Shown: positions 1 through 9,949, numbered from the stretch's first letter. The stretch: DNA of 64,000 bases from Deinococcota bacterium (GCA_041695225.1 JBGFRI010000048.1:1-64000), one strand, 5' to 3'. The notes: generated by a model from the letters alone, not told the origin. A program made the numbers and translations.

Positions 1-126
1 AAGTTAGACCTGCTACAAACTTATACCCGGTCTAAGTTTAGCCAGAATTTACTCCGTAGTCAATCGGCCAGCCCCTGCTCCCAGACTGGGTGGTAACATC
101 TGCCAACTCAGAGCAGGAAACTGGTT

Positions 127-699
127 CTAGCGTCCAGCGGTCAGAGTAAAGCGACGGTCTTCCTCGGCCAGAAGCCGCTCACCGTCCCAAAGCTGCCAGC
201 GTAGTCGGTAGGTGCCAGGCGGCACTGCGGGTAGTTCGAAACGATAGAGCACCTGAAGCCAGGTGGTGTAGCGTAGCACCTCAAAACCCCGCGAGTCTTG
301 CTCGAGCCCCTCACAGCGGAGCCGGTAGCTGGCCTCTTTTAGCGCCACCCCAAAACCGGGAGGAGCCTCGATCAGCACCAAGCGAACCAGGGGTGCAGGC
401 TGCTCGTGCTGGGCTGCCCAGCGGCAGCGCTCTACTGCGTCGGGGAATGGAACCGGCGGTCTGGGGGGAAAGCCAAGCTCGAGGGTAATCGAAAAGCCAA
501 ATGACCTGCTGGGCCCAAGAGCAACGGCCCGCCAGCGCCGTTCCTCGTATCGTTGCCGGCCATAAAGAGGCGCTCCGGCGGGACTGGAAAAGACGGGGAA
601 GTCCTGCAGGCTGTACGGGTTCTGGGGTGTGCTGCCCAGATAGGCTGGGGCACAGGCTGCCAGCCAGATCGCCAGAAACGCCACAAATCCCCTTCGCAT
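127..699 (-). CDS. Hypothetical lipoprotein
   Basis: ORF 127..708; likely start MRRGFVAFLAIWLAAC gives a basic N-terminus, hydrophobic core and LAAC lipobox; no family recognised. Confidence 0.65.
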   Translation of the reverse strand: MRRGFVAFLAIWLAACAPAYLGSTPQNPYSLQDFPVFSSPAGAPLYGRQRYEERRWRAVALGPSRSFGFSITLELGFPPRPPVPFPDAVERCRWAAQHEQPAPLVRLVLIEAPPGFGVALKEASYRLRCEGLEQDSRGFEVLRYTTWLQVLYRFELPAVPPGTYRLRWQLWDGERLLAEEDRRFTLTAGR

Positions 700-726
700 C
701 TCTACCACACATGCGCCAACGCGCCT

Positions 727-810
727 GGTCGAAGGTCTGAAGACAAAGGTCGAAGGCCAAAACGCGAGACCGTCACAGACTTTCGACCTTAGACCTTAGA
801 CCTGCGACCT
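727..810. repeat. Heptamer (GGTCGAA/GACCTTA-type) tandem array in inverted arrangement
   Basis: ggtcgaa ggtctga...ggtcgaa followed by gacctta gacctta gacctgc gacct. Confidence 0.7.
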
Positions 811-874
811 CACCCTATTGGTAGCAGTATAACGCCATGGGATGAGACCTGCGCCCAGGGACCAGAGTCACTTA

Positions 875-2044
875 CTACCCGGCATACACCTCGAATACCC
901 CAGCCGCTCCCATCCCGCCACCGATGCACATGGTTACCATGCCAAGCCCACCCCCGCGCTGGCCAAGTTCGTGAACCAGCTGGGTGGTGAGCTTGGCCCC
1001 GGTTGCGCCCAGCGGGTGCCCCAGGGCGATTGCCCCGCCGTTGACGTTGAGCTTGTCGGGGTTCATCTGAAGCTCGCGCATTACGGCCAGTACCTGTGCA
1101 GCAAAGGCTTCGTTGAACTCGATCAGCTGCAGGTCATCCATTTTGATGCCGGCTTTGACCAGGGCCTTGGGCACGGCTTTGATCGGGCCCACCCCCATGA
1201 TGTCCGGGTCAACCCCTCCAGTGGCGAAGGAGATGAATTTTGCCAGCGGCTTCAGACCCAGCTCCCTGGCTTTGTCGCTGCTCATCAGCAGCAGGGCGGC
1301 GGCCCCATCTGAGTAAGGCGAGGCATTGCCGGCGGTTACGCTTCCACCCTCCTTGAAGGCGGGCTTGAGCTTGCCCAGGCGCTCGAGGCTGGTATCGGCG
1401 CGTGGCAGCTCGTCCCTGGCAAACTGGGCCTCCTGCACGGTGCGCTTGCTGCCCTTCCAGCTCACCTTTTTGACCGGAATGGGCACAACCTGGCCAGCGA
1501 AGGCCCCGCTTTCCAGTGCTTTGACTGCCTTCTGGTGGCTGTTATAAGCCCAGGCGTCCTGATCGGCACGGCTTACCCCCCAGCGCTGGGCCACCCGCTC
1601 GGCGGTGAAACCCATCCCGATATAGGCCTCGGTCAGTTCGGGGTGCAGCTGGGTATGAAAGCCCGACATGGGCACCTGGCTCATCATCTCCACCCCGCCG
1701 GCCAGCACCACCTCGTTCATGCCCGAGATTATGGCCTGTGCGGCATAGGCCACGCTCTGCAGTCCCGAGGAGCAGAAGCGGTTGATGGTCGCCGCGGAGA
1801 CTTCTACTGGAAAGCCCGCACGCAGCAGCGAGAGCCGGGCCACATTCAACCCCTGGCCGGCCTCGGGCATGGCGCAGCCCCACTGCACGTCTTCGATAAT
1901 GGCAGGGCTCAGCCCGACCTTTTCGACCGCTGCTTTCATGACCGCTGCCGAGAGGTCAATGGGGTGTACCGAGGCCAACGAACCATCGCTCTTGCCGCGC
2001 CCCACGGCGCTCCTAACTGCACTGACAATTACGGCTTCTTTCAT
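875..2044 (-). CDS. fadA: Acetyl-CoA C-acyltransferase (3-ketoacyl-CoA thiolase)
   Basis: Thiolase motifs [27 protein letters not shown]; near fadN-type gene. Confidence 0.92.
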   Translation of the reverse strand: MKEAVIVSAVRSAVGRGKSDGSLASVHPIDLSAAVMKAAVEKVGLSPAIIEDVQWGCAMPEAGQGLNVARLSLLRAGFPVEVSAATINRFCSSGLQSVAYAAQAIISGMNEVVLAGGVEMMSQVPMSGFHTQLHPELTEAYIGMGFTAERVAQRWGVSRADQDAWAYNSHQKAVKALESGAFAGQVVPIPVKKVSWKGSKRTVQEAQFARDELPRADTSLERLGKLKPAFKEGGSVTAGNASPYSDGAAALLLMSSDKARELGLKPLAKFISFATGGVDPDIMGVGPIKAVPKALVKAGIKMDDLQLIEFNEAFAAQVLAVMRELQMNPDKLNVNGGAIALGHPLGATGAKLTTQLVHELGQRGGGLGMVTMCIGGGMGAAGVFEVYAG

Positions 2045-2058
2045 GGTTGCTCCTAAAG

Positions 2059-2073
2059 TTATACCGAGTCAAA
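2059..2073. promoter_or_regulatory. FadR(TetR)-like operator upstream of fadA, just downstream of a minus-strand TAAACT -10 box
   Basis: TTATACCGAGTCAAA; the 18-mer TACCGAGTCAAAGTTTAT recurs upstream of fadN (5532-5549). Confidence 0.7.
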
Positions 2074-2165
2074 GTTTATTGCAAAGGGGCGCTGGGATTC
2101 AAGTCAGAAGCCAAAGTGGGGTAGAAAGCCAGAGGCTTGTCGGTGCATCCAGAGGCAGCTTCTCT

Positions 2166-2639
2166 TTACCGAAAGACCCGGGAGAGCTCGAGCTTTACCC
2201 CTAGGGCGGAATCCACCAACACTTCATCGTCCCGGAAAATCTCATAAGCCGTCGGACCCGAGAACACGTAGACGTTCCTCAGGCCTGGAATCACCAGCCA
2301 GCAGGATTTGACCCCGTTGCTAAAGTATTTCCTGGCCTTGTCAATCAGCTCTTGCAGGCTCTGGGTGGGCGACAAAATCTCGATGGCGCATAGCGGCGGC
2401 TGGGTCATGCGAACTTCGTCCACAGAGAAATCTATTTCCATCCTGGGGTAGATGGAGATGTCAGGGACGGACTCCCACTCCCCAAAGCCCAGCTTCAGTT
2501 CGGAGAAGAGGGTAAACCGTTCCGGGTAGCTGCTCGCCAACGCCGCAATAAGGTTAGCCTGAACATAGCCATGAAGTTTGCTGGGCATGGGCTTGCCTCG
2601 CTCTAGTTCGTACTGCGAAACTTCAATCACCTTTTGCAT
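2166..2639 (-). CDS. Uma2 (DUF820) family putative endonuclease
   Basis: PMPSKLH, VPDISI, AIEILSP, YFSNGVKSCWLV motifs. Confidence 0.88.
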   Translation of the reverse strand: MQKVIEVSQYELERGKPMPSKLHGYVQANLIAALASSYPERFTLFSELKLGFGEWESVPDISIYPRMEIDFSVDEVRMTQPPLCAIEILSPTQSLQELIDKARKYFSNGVKSCWLVIPGLRNVYVFSGPTAYEIFRDDEVLVDSALGVKLELSRVFR

Positions 2640-2787
2640 GGTGTTACCTCTTTAGGGCCAGTTTAGCAGACGGGGGAAGGATGGGGCTCGATGTGCGGTG
2701 CGCAGGCGCACCCTGCAACTCTGCGCCGCTAAAGGGCCGCCAACGCCTTCTGTGAAGCGGTCGTACGGGGTTACGAGGTGCTGCATA

Positions 2788-3138
2788 TCAGTCTGTGCGG
2801 GTTAGCGCAATCTGCCCCGCATGCCAGACCGAATGGCGACAGCAAAGTCGTATCAAAGCGCTTACGGTCATCTCCTGGCCATATTGCACAAGTGTTGCTC
2901 TGGCCTCGGGGCTCAGGGCAGCGGTCTGTTCGACCTCGTAAGCCATCAAGGCCTCGAGGTCGTGCGGCGGCGCCTGTAGTTTTAGCTCTTTAGCGATAAT
3001 GCTCCAGTACATGTGTTTGGTCTCTCGGATGTGCTTTAGCAGCCGTTCGGCCCGCGACCCCTCGTACCCCAACACGCTTGTCACGGATTCGAAAGGGTAG
3101 TAGTTGCTGTCGCGAACCAGCTCAAGCAGTTCATCCAT
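2788..3138 (-). CDS. DinB/YfiT-like protein
   Basis: Start MDELLEL; RLLKHI and C-terminal RHSVWHAGQI His motif typical of the DinB fold. Confidence 0.65.
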   Translation of the reverse strand: MDELLELVRDSNYYPFESVTSVLGYEGSRAERLLKHIRETKHMYWSIIAKELKLQAPPHDLEALMAYEVEQTAALSPEARATLVQYGQEMTVSALIRLCCRHSVWHAGQIALTRTD

Positions 3139-3179
3139 AGGGGGTCTCCTCAAGCAAAAAATAAGAACCACGTCCAGGT

Positions 3180-5471
3180 TCAGTTCCGCAGCGGTTTACC
3201 GGTCTTGAGGGTGTGGGCGATGCGCTCCTGGGTTTTTTTGGTGCCTAAGAGTTTCAGGAAGCCTTCGCGTTCTAAGTCCAGAATGTCCTGCTCGGTTACC
3301 TCCCGCGCTGGCCCGTCACCCCCACACAACACATAGGCCACCGCATTCCCCACCAAAACATCGTGTTCACTGGCCTGTTTGGCCTCCTGAAACTGCCACA
3401 AGGCATAACGCAAATTCCCGATGCCCTCGGCGCCCAGGGCGCGAATCTTCATGGGGGGCTCTGGCACGTAGTCGGGGGCCATAAACAGCACCCGTCTCCT
3501 GGCGTCGGCAATCAGCCGGTCCCGGTTCATAGAGATGCCGTCAGAGGGGCGCAGGAAGCCCATTTTGCGGGCCTCGAGGGCGCTGGTACTGGTCTGGGCC
3601 AGCATAATCATCTGGAAAGCCCGCTTCACCCCCTCGAACAGATCAATCTCGGGGCCATAGGCGGCAAGCTCGCTGGTAAAGCGGAAGAGCATCTCCTTGG
3701 TACCCCCGCCACCAGGAAGCAGGCCCACCCCCACCTCCACCAGGCCCATATACAGCTCGGCGTGGGCCTGGATAGCGCTGGAATGCAAACTGAACTCGGC
3801 CCCGCCGCCCAGGGTCAGGCCGAAGGGGGCCGAGACCACCGGGAAGGGCGAGCGGCGCAGGCGCATGGCGGTCTGCTGGAAGCGGCGGGTAGCCAGCTCG
3901 AGGTCGTCCCAGGCCCCCTCCTGCACGGCCATAATCACCAGGGCCAGGTTGGCGCCGGCACTAAAAGTGCGGGGGTCTTCGTGGCCGATGACCAGGCCCT
4001 CGTAACCACTGGCTTCGACCCAGTCCAGGGCCTTGTGCAGCCCGGTTAACGGCCCCTCGCCCAGGGTGCCCATCTTGGCCCGGTTCTCGAACAGGGCCAC
4101 CCCGTCGCCCAGATCGAGCAGAGCATATTCTTTGGACTCTAAGAGGGTCTTGCCCGCACTCTTGATCTTGGCCAGGCGCATCACCCCTTCCTCGGCGGGG
4201 ATGGAGTGGTACTGGCCGTCGAAGCCCAGATACGTGCCGTCTTTGTAAAAGCTGCCCTGGGCCTTTTTCAGCAGTTCGGGCTCGCTCAGGCCCAGCTCGG
4301 CAAAGCCCTTGCGCAGATTCTCCAGGCCCACCGCGTCCATGTTCTTGAAGGGGCCCTGCTCCCAGGCGAAGCCCCACTCCAGGGCCCGGTCTACCGAGAC
4401 AATATCGTAGGCGATCTCCTGGGCTTTGTTTAGGGCGTAGTGGGCGTTGGTCAAAAACAACTTGCGGACAAAGCTACCGTACTTGCCGGGCAGGTCGCCC
4501 ACCCGTCGCAGGCGCTCGTCCAGGGGCAGGTCTTTGATGGTCTCAATCTCGTCGATACGAAGCTTCTGTTGCGGTCTGTACTCGCCGGTGGTGTAGTCGT
4601 AGGTGAGGATGTCTTTGCCCACCTTTTTATAAAACCCCGCCCCGGTCTTCTCGCCCAGCTTGTTCTGGGCGATCAGGTTTTCCACCCAGTCGGGCATGGC
4701 AAAGTCCTCGCCGGTGGTGTGCGAAAGCTCGGTGGAGACCAGCTTCAGCACGTCCAGGCCAGAGATGTCGCCGGTGCGGAAGGTAGCGCTCTTGGGGCGG
4801 CCCACCAGTGGGCCGGTCAGGGCGTCTACCTCGTCAATGCTCAGGCCCTCCGAGACCATCAGGCGCATGGCCAGGCTCATGCCAAACACGCCTAAGCGGT
4901 TGGCGATAAAGCCCGGTGAGTCCTTACAGATAACCGTGCCCTTGCCCAGGATGCGCTCACCAAACTTGCGCATGGTTTCCAGCGCAGCCGGGTCGGTGTC
5001 TGGGGTAGGAATCAGCTCCAAAAGGTGTAAGTAACGCACCGGAGCGAAGAAGTGAGTGCCCAGAAAACGCTGGCGGAAGGCCGCACCCCTTCCCTCCAGC
5101 AAAGTCTTCATGGGGATACCCGAGGTGTTCGAGCTAACGATAGCTTTAGGAGCAGCCTGCTCCAGCCTGGCGAACAAAGCCTGCTTGGGCTCGACCTTCT
5201 CGACGATGGCCTCGACAATCCAGTCGCAGTCTTTGAGTTTGTCCAGCTGATCGGTGCTGCCAAGCTCGATCAGGGAAGCCCTCCCTGGGTCCATGAACGA
5301 GGCAGGCTTAGCTTTGAGTTGTCGCTCGAGGCCCTTTTTGACCAGCTCGAGCTGGTCCTCTTTGCCCGGCATATCCAGCAGCACCACCGGAACACCCGCT
5401 GAAGCTGCGAGTGCAGCAATTGCTCCACCCATCGTGCCCGAACCTACCACACCGACCTTTTTAATTCGCAT
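3180..5471 (-). CDS. fadN: 3-hydroxyacyl-CoA dehydrogenase / enoyl-CoA hydratase (FadN type)
   Basis: GSGTMG Rossmann motif, SSNTSG, HFFAPVRY, PGFIANR; C-terminal crotonase domain FSAGANL/GGGAE; ends GKPLRN. Confidence 0.92.
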   Translation of the reverse strand: MRIKKVGVVGSGTMGGAIAALAASAGVPVVLLDMPGKEDQLELVKKGLERQLKAKPASFMDPGRASLIELGSTDQLDKLKDCDWIVEAIVEKVEPKQALFARLEQAAPKAIVSSNTSGIPMKTLLEGRGAAFRQRFLGTHFFAPVRYLHLLELIPTPDTDPAALETMRKFGERILGKGTVICKDSPGFIANRLGVFGMSLAMRLMVSEGLSIDEVDALTGPLVGRPKSATFRTGDISGLDVLKLVSTELSHTTGEDFAMPDWVENLIAQNKLGEKTGAGFYKKVGKDILTYDYTTGEYRPQQKLRIDEIETIKDLPLDERLRRVGDLPGKYGSFVRKLFLTNAHYALNKAQEIAYDIVSVDRALEWGFAWEQGPFKNMDAVGLENLRKGFAELGLSEPELLKKAQGSFYKDGTYLGFDGQYHSIPAEEGVMRLAKIKSAGKTLLESKEYALLDLGDGVALFENRAKMGTLGEGPLTGLHKALDWVEASGYEGLVIGHEDPRTFSAGANLALVIMAVQEGAWDDLELATRRFQQTAMRLRRSPFPVVSAPFGLTLGGGAEFSLHSSAIQAHAELYMGLVEVGVGLLPGGGGTKEMLFRFTSELAAYGPEIDLFEGVKRAFQMIMLAQTSTSALEARKMGFLRPSDGISMNRDRLIADARRRVLFMAPDYVPEPPMKIRALGAEGIGNLRYALWQFQEAKQASEHDVLVGNAVAYVLCGGDGPAREVTEQDILDLEREGFLKLLGTKKTQERIAHTLKTGKPLRN

Positions 5472-5528
5472 CTTTTCCTCCTGCCAGACTCAAACGCATC
5501 ATACTTAGGGCCAGTCGTCAATGGCTTT

Positions 5529-5543
5529 TTGTACCGAGTCAAA
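5529..5543. promoter_or_regulatory. FadR(TetR)-like operator upstream of fadN
   Basis: TTGTACCGAGTCAAA, near-identical to 2059-2073, adjacent to minus-strand TAAACT. Confidence 0.7.
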
Positions 5544-5645
5544 GTTTATAACAAGGCCCCCGGCAAGTCTAGCTGCAGATGGGTGCAGGTTATGTCATGT
5601 TCATATACTCTATGCAGACAAGTGTTAATGGCATAAACTCTTGGC

Positions 5646-6056
5646 ATGCCTGTCAGCTTGCGCGACCGAATAAGAGCATTGGTAGAGCTTACCTTGAAAA
5701 ACTGCGATCAATCCAATGTTTTTGTGGTAGAAGTTGAGTTTATTTCCCCAATGGGAAGCGCGATTCGGGAGTCCGCCAGAAGGGTTGATATTGCAGTTTT
5801 GCGTAAGGTGCAAGACGATGTCAAACCCTATCTCTACATCGAGTGCAAAGAACAGAAAACCAGCGGATCGGCTGAAGACAAACTTTTTAGGGCATTGGAA
5901 GAGGCAAAACGAGACCGCCTACTCGGCGTTCATTCCATAGTGGTATTTTCCGGTGCTGGTTTTCGCCAGTCGTACGAACGGTGGGCTATGGTGGAGGGGT
6001 TTGTACGTGAAGAGTACGCCGACTTGTGGTTGAAGCGCTTTTTTTGCCGCAGCTGA
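5646..6056 (+). CDS. Small PD-(D/E)XK nuclease-family protein, putative restriction or nicking partner of the adjacent methylase
   Basis: RVDIAV...YIECKEQKTSGSAEDKL gives a D...ExK core; lower GC; TAAACT 6 nt before ATG. Confidence 0.7.
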   Translation: MPVSLRDRIRALVELTLKNCDQSNVFVVEVEFISPMGSAIRESARRVDIAVLRKVQDDVKPYLYIECKEQKTSGSAEDKLFRALEEAKRDRLLGVHSIVVFSGAGFRQSYERWAMVEGFVREEYADLWLKRFFCRS

Positions 6057-6064
6057 GGGCAATT

Positions 6065-6871
6065 GTGATAGCTGAACCGCTTTTTAGGGTTAGTCTGCCC
6101 CCACTACTGAAGTGGGCGGGTGGAAAGCGCTGGTTAGTGAAACACCTCGAGCCCCTTTGGCTAAAATACCGTGACCGCACCTTTGTCGAACCCTTTGTGG
6201 GTGGAATGGGTGTAACTTTGGGCCTGCTGCCTGACACTGCACAACTTAACGACGCCAATTCGCATCTGATCAACTTTTATCAGTGGGTCCAACGTGGGCT
6301 GCTGGTCAGGACACCGTTTGTCTATGACCGGGAAATCTTCTTAGCCAATCGGACACGCTTTAATAAATTAATTCGCGAGGGGAAAGCCTACACCGCTGAG
6401 GGAGCCACACTGTTTTACTACCTTAACCGAACCGGCTACAATGGGCTTTGCCGCTTCAATTCCTCGGGTGAGTTTAACGTGCCTTTTGGCAAATACAAAT
6501 CAGTCAACTACCGAACTGATTTTTCTGCTTACAAAGGCATATTTCGGGGATGGAACTTCACCGCTGGTGACTTCAGCAGTATGGAGATTGAACCAGATGC
6601 CTTTGTCTACGCCGATCCCCCATACGATGTCGAATTCACCCAATATAGCCCGGGGGGGTTTTCCTGGGCAGATCAAGTCAGGCTGGTAGAGTTTTTGGAC
6701 TGTCACCGTGGCCCAGTGATTATTTCCAACCAACACACCGAGCGCATTCAAAAGCTTTATACCAGGTTTGGTTACACCATCCAAACCTTGAGTGCGCCCC
6801 GTCGCATTAGCTGTGATGGAAACCGCCAGGATGCGCTCGAGGTATTGGCCTTCAAGAACATTGAACCTTAA
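6065..6871 (+). CDS. dam: Dam-family N6-adenine DNA methyltransferase (alpha class)
   Basis: KWAGGK, EPFVGG, GYNGLCRFNSSGEFNVPFG target-recognition hairpin, DPPY; GTG at 6065 with GAGG upstream (ORF track start 6026). Confidence 0.9.
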   Translation: MIAEPLFRVSLPPLLKWAGGKRWLVKHLEPLWLKYRDRTFVEPFVGGMGVTLGLLPDTAQLNDANSHLINFYQWVQRGLLVRTPFVYDREIFLANRTRFNKLIREGKAYTAEGATLFYYLNRTGYNGLCRFNSSGEFNVPFGKYKSVNYRTDFSAYKGIFRGWNFTAGDFSSMEIEPDAFVYADPPYDVEFTQYSPGGFSWADQVRLVEFLDCHRGPVIISNQHTERIQKLYTRFGYTIQTLSAPRRISCDGNRQDALEVLAFKNIEP

Positions 6872-7006
6872 ACCAGTCTACCACCAGCTTCGACCAGTCC
6901 TAAAGATCCTCAAACACTGCCCGGACCTCGTCCAGAGTGGCAGGGCAGCCCTGGAGTTTGTGCGTTTCCACCCCACTTGGCCCATCTTTGGCATCTACCG
7001 GGCTCC

Positions 7007-7096
7007 ATGGACTGGACAATCACATGGTCGCGATGGAAGGGGCCTACTCCATGGACTGGACAATCACATGGTCGCGATGGAAGGGGCCTAATCCAT
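7007..7096 (+). mobile_element. Two tandem copies (44-bp period) of the 42-bp AT-duplicating miniature element
   Basis: AT-GGACTGGACAATCACATGGTCGCGATGGAAGGGGCCTA(C/A)TCC-AT x2; exact 44-bp repeat 7003-7046/7047-7090; divergent family member. Confidence 0.6.
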
Positions 7097-7112
7097 GTGG
7101 CCCAAGATGCCT

Positions 7113-8405
7113 TCAGTCCAGCGGGGCTTCCTGCCCATCGAGCCAGACTTTGGCAACAGAAGCCTCGCCATGCAAGGTGAAGAGCGAGCCCATAAGCTGG
7201 TCTACCGAGTCCAGTTGACGAAAATGAACTTCCAGAGTGCTGCCGGCTTCGGGTTTAATCCACAGCACGTCGGCGGTCTTACCGGGGGTGAAGCTGCCTA
7301 TCTCCTGGCCAAAGCCCAGAATATTCGCTCCGGCCTGGGTAGCAAGGTAGAGCAGGTGGGCCGGGGTCAGGTTTACGCCGTCCTGGGCGTAGCGCTGGGC
7401 CATATAAGCTGCCAGACCTTCTTTGAGCAGACAAAACCCGGTTCCGCCTCCCACATCCGAGCCCAGCCCAAAGCGAACCCCATGCCGCAGATGCCGCTTC
7501 ATGGGAAAGATACCGCTGCCAATAAAGGCGTTGGAGCTGGGGCAGTGGGCCACCGCAGCCCTGGCCCCGGCCAGGCGCGCCAGTTCGGGCTCGGTGGGGT
7601 GGACATTGTGCGCGAAGACCGAGCGATCGGTAACCAGATCGAACTTGCCGTAAACGTCCAGATAATCGTGGCTCCAGGAGAACTGCCGGGCTACGGTTTG
7701 TATCTCGTCGGGGTTTTCGTTGATGTGGGTGGTAAAGTGCAGGTCTGGATACTCAGCCAGTAGGGCCTGGCAGACTTCCAGAATGGCTTCCGAGCACGAG
7801 AGTGCGAAGCGCGGAGTAACGGCGTAGCGTAGTTTGCTGCGCCGGTGAAAACGCCGGATCAACATTTTTTGTTCGGCATAGCTCTGCTGTGGGGTGGTAT
7901 GCAACTCGGGCCGCAACATCCGGTCAGAACAGACCTGCCCTGCGACGATGCGCAGGCGCAAATCCTCGGCAGCCCCAAACAGGCTGGCAGTAGCAGCCTG
8001 AAAGTGCGAGCCGAATACCAGCGCTGTGGTGGTTCCGTTACGCAGGAGGAGCCGGACGAACTCCCTGGCCCTGCAGCGGGCCAGTTTGTTGTCTGAGAGC
8101 TGGGCCTCCAACGGCAGGGTGCGCTTTTCCAGCCAGTCCAGCAGGGTGTAGCCCATGGCCCCAATCACCTGGGTTTGCGGGTAATGTACGTGGGTATCCA
8201 CCAGACCCGGCAGCAAAATGCCATCGCGGCAGTCCTGTACCCTGGCCCCCGGGAACTGCCCTGCAAGATCGGTAAAATTACCCACTGCGACAATTCTGCT
8301 TCCTTCGACCGCCAGCCCACCATCAGACCAGGCTTGCAGGCTTTCTACGTCACGGAAGGGATTTTGTGGTGTGTGAGCAACCAGACCACGCAGTATGAGC
8401 GTCAT
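7113..8405 (-). CDS. guaD: Guanine deaminase
   Basis: PGLVDTHVHYPQ, TPRFALSCS, THINEN, HCPSSNAFIGSG, GSDVGGG amidohydrolase motifs. Confidence 0.93.
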   Translation of the reverse strand: MTLILRGLVAHTPQNPFRDVESLQAWSDGGLAVEGSRIVAVGNFTDLAGQFPGARVQDCRDGILLPGLVDTHVHYPQTQVIGAMGYTLLDWLEKRTLPLEAQLSDNKLARCRAREFVRLLLRNGTTTALVFGSHFQAATASLFGAAEDLRLRIVAGQVCSDRMLRPELHTTPQQSYAEQKMLIRRFHRRSKLRYAVTPRFALSCSEAILEVCQALLAEYPDLHFTTHINENPDEIQTVARQFSWSHDYLDVYGKFDLVTDRSVFAHNVHPTEPELARLAGARAAVAHCPSSNAFIGSGIFPMKRHLRHGVRFGLGSDVGGGTGFCLLKEGLAAYMAQRYAQDGVNLTPAHLLYLATQAGANILGFGQEIGSFTPGKTADVLWIKPEAGSTLEVHFRQLDSVDQLMGSLFTLHGEASVAKVWLDGQEAPLD

Positions 8406-8513
8406 GCGGAACCATTTTACCCATCGGCAGGCTTAGGGCAGGCCCCAAAGCATAGCCGAAGGGGAGACAGTCCAGAACCACCGCTGAGCTACGCTACGCT
8501 TATCCTCTCCAGG

Positions 8514-8636
8514 ATAGATTAATCACCCCCATCCCTTCGACTACCCCTTCGGCAAGCCCTCGGCATGAGGGGCCTCGGCCCGAAGGCTCAGGGCGAGGCT
8601 CAGGATAAGCCTCGGCCAGTCTGTCACCGGGTCCAT
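8514..8636 (-). mobile_element. 42-bp AT element carrying nested CCTTCGAC..GCTCAGG palindromic repeats
   Basis: Ends ATAGATTAATCACCCCCATC and CCTCGGCCAGTCTGTCACCGGGTCCAT match the element; homologous to 30991-31083. Confidence 0.7.
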
Positions 8637-8981
8637 TGGTTCGTGGGTCAATGTTTCTTTGCAAAACCGATTTCTATGTGCTTGGCTTGTTTTAGACTTC
8701 GCAAAACATCAGATGACAGAGTACTAATGCACTGTCAATTGCCAATCTTCGGTGATCTTATGAAGCGCATTTTGCCGTCACAGCTAGGCGCCCATGAGCC
8801 AAAGCAATCCAAATAGTCTACCGGCGATTCCGGATTGCTTTGCCTTAAACCTGTTGCTTTGGTTCCATGTCCAGCTGCACGACTGACCCTAGCTGGCTGC
8901 AGTTCTTGCGGGTGTTGGAAAAGGGAACTGCTCGAACCCTTACAAACAACGCGTAAACTGGGTAGCAGGGGAGTTTGAGCC

Positions 8982-9902
8982 ATGAGCAAAGTAGCAGTTA
9001 TTGGTTCTGGACTGGTTGGGGCCACCACAACGCATACCCTGGCGTTGCGAGGCTCCTGCGAGGAAGTCGTGTTGCTGGACACTGACCGGGAAAAAGCCCA
9101 GGCCCAGGCAGTAGAGGTGGCGGCGGCTGCCACCTTGCTCCGGGGAATGCGAGTCTACAGTGGTACGTACGAGCAGATTGCCGATGCTCAGGTAGTGGTG
9201 CTGGCTGCCGGGGTTCGGCAAAGAAGCGGACAAAGCCGCAGCGAGTTGTTTGCGGGCAACACCCGGGTATTCCAGGAAGTGCTCTCGCAGGTGCTGGAGG
9301 TAGCTCCGGAAGCTGTCATTCTGGTTGCCGCCCAGCCCGTTGACCCCCTGACTGAGCTAACCTGGCGCCTTGCCAGCCGCCGGCAAGCGGCACAGGTGTT
9401 GGGTGTGGGGACGGTACTCGAGACCATGCAGCTGCGGGCAGCGGTTGCAGCCCACCTCGAGGTCTCTCCCGAACACGTACACGGCTACGTGATTGGCGAA
9501 CAGGGCGATTCGGCGCTGGTGGTCTGGTCAAACCTGAGTGTGGCCGGGCTACCGGTGGAAGAATTCGCGGCACAGCGTGGCAAGACCTGGACCTTGCAGG
9601 ATCGCGCCAGCATTACCGACCGGGTGCAGCGTTCCAACCGGCGGGTGGTGGAGGGCAAAGGGGCCATTGCCTACGGCGTAGGGGTGGCGGTAACGCGGGT
9701 GATCGAGGCCATTTTACGCGATGCACAGATGGTGCTTACTGTAAGCGCACACCAGCCCGACAAGGGCATCTCCTACTCGCTGCCTCGGCTGGTAGGCGCC
9801 AGGGGGGTGACTGCGACCATAAACCCGATGCTATCGCAGGAAGAAGCCTTCAAGCTCGAGGTGCTGCTTAACGGCATGAAAAGCACCTTTGAGCTGGCCT
9901 AA
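8982..9902 (+). CDS. L-lactate/malate dehydrogenase-fold protein with substituted catalytic residues
   Basis: GSGLVG NAD-binding motif and full LDH layout, but QPVD, GTVLETMQLR and IGEQGDS replace NPVD, GTxLDTARFR and xGEHGDS. Confidence 0.85.
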   Translation: MSKVAVIGSGLVGATTTHTLALRGSCEEVVLLDTDREKAQAQAVEVAAAATLLRGMRVYSGTYEQIADAQVVVLAAGVRQRSGQSRSELFAGNTRVFQEVLSQVLEVAPEAVILVAAQPVDPLTELTWRLASRRQAAQVLGVGTVLETMQLRAAVAAHLEVSPEHVHGYVIGEQGDSALVVWSNLSVAGLPVEEFAAQRGKTWTLQDRASITDRVQRSNRRVVEGKGAIAYGVGVAVTRVIEAILRDAQMVLTVSAHQPDKGISYSLPRLVGARGVTATINPMLSQEEAFKLEVLLNGMKSTFELA

Positions 9903-9949
9903 AAACCCTTGGCGCTAAGCCAAGACCTGTAAACCGGTAGATTGTAGCC

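Noticed and set aside
6872..7005. Possible minus-strand gene relic (LDEVRAVFEDL*DWSKLVVDWF)
   Set aside because: Too short and matches no family I recognise.
7003..7090. 44-bp direct repeat as a mini CRISPR array
   Set aside because: The copies are adjacent with no spacer and no cas genes are present; better explained as tandem copies of the AT element.
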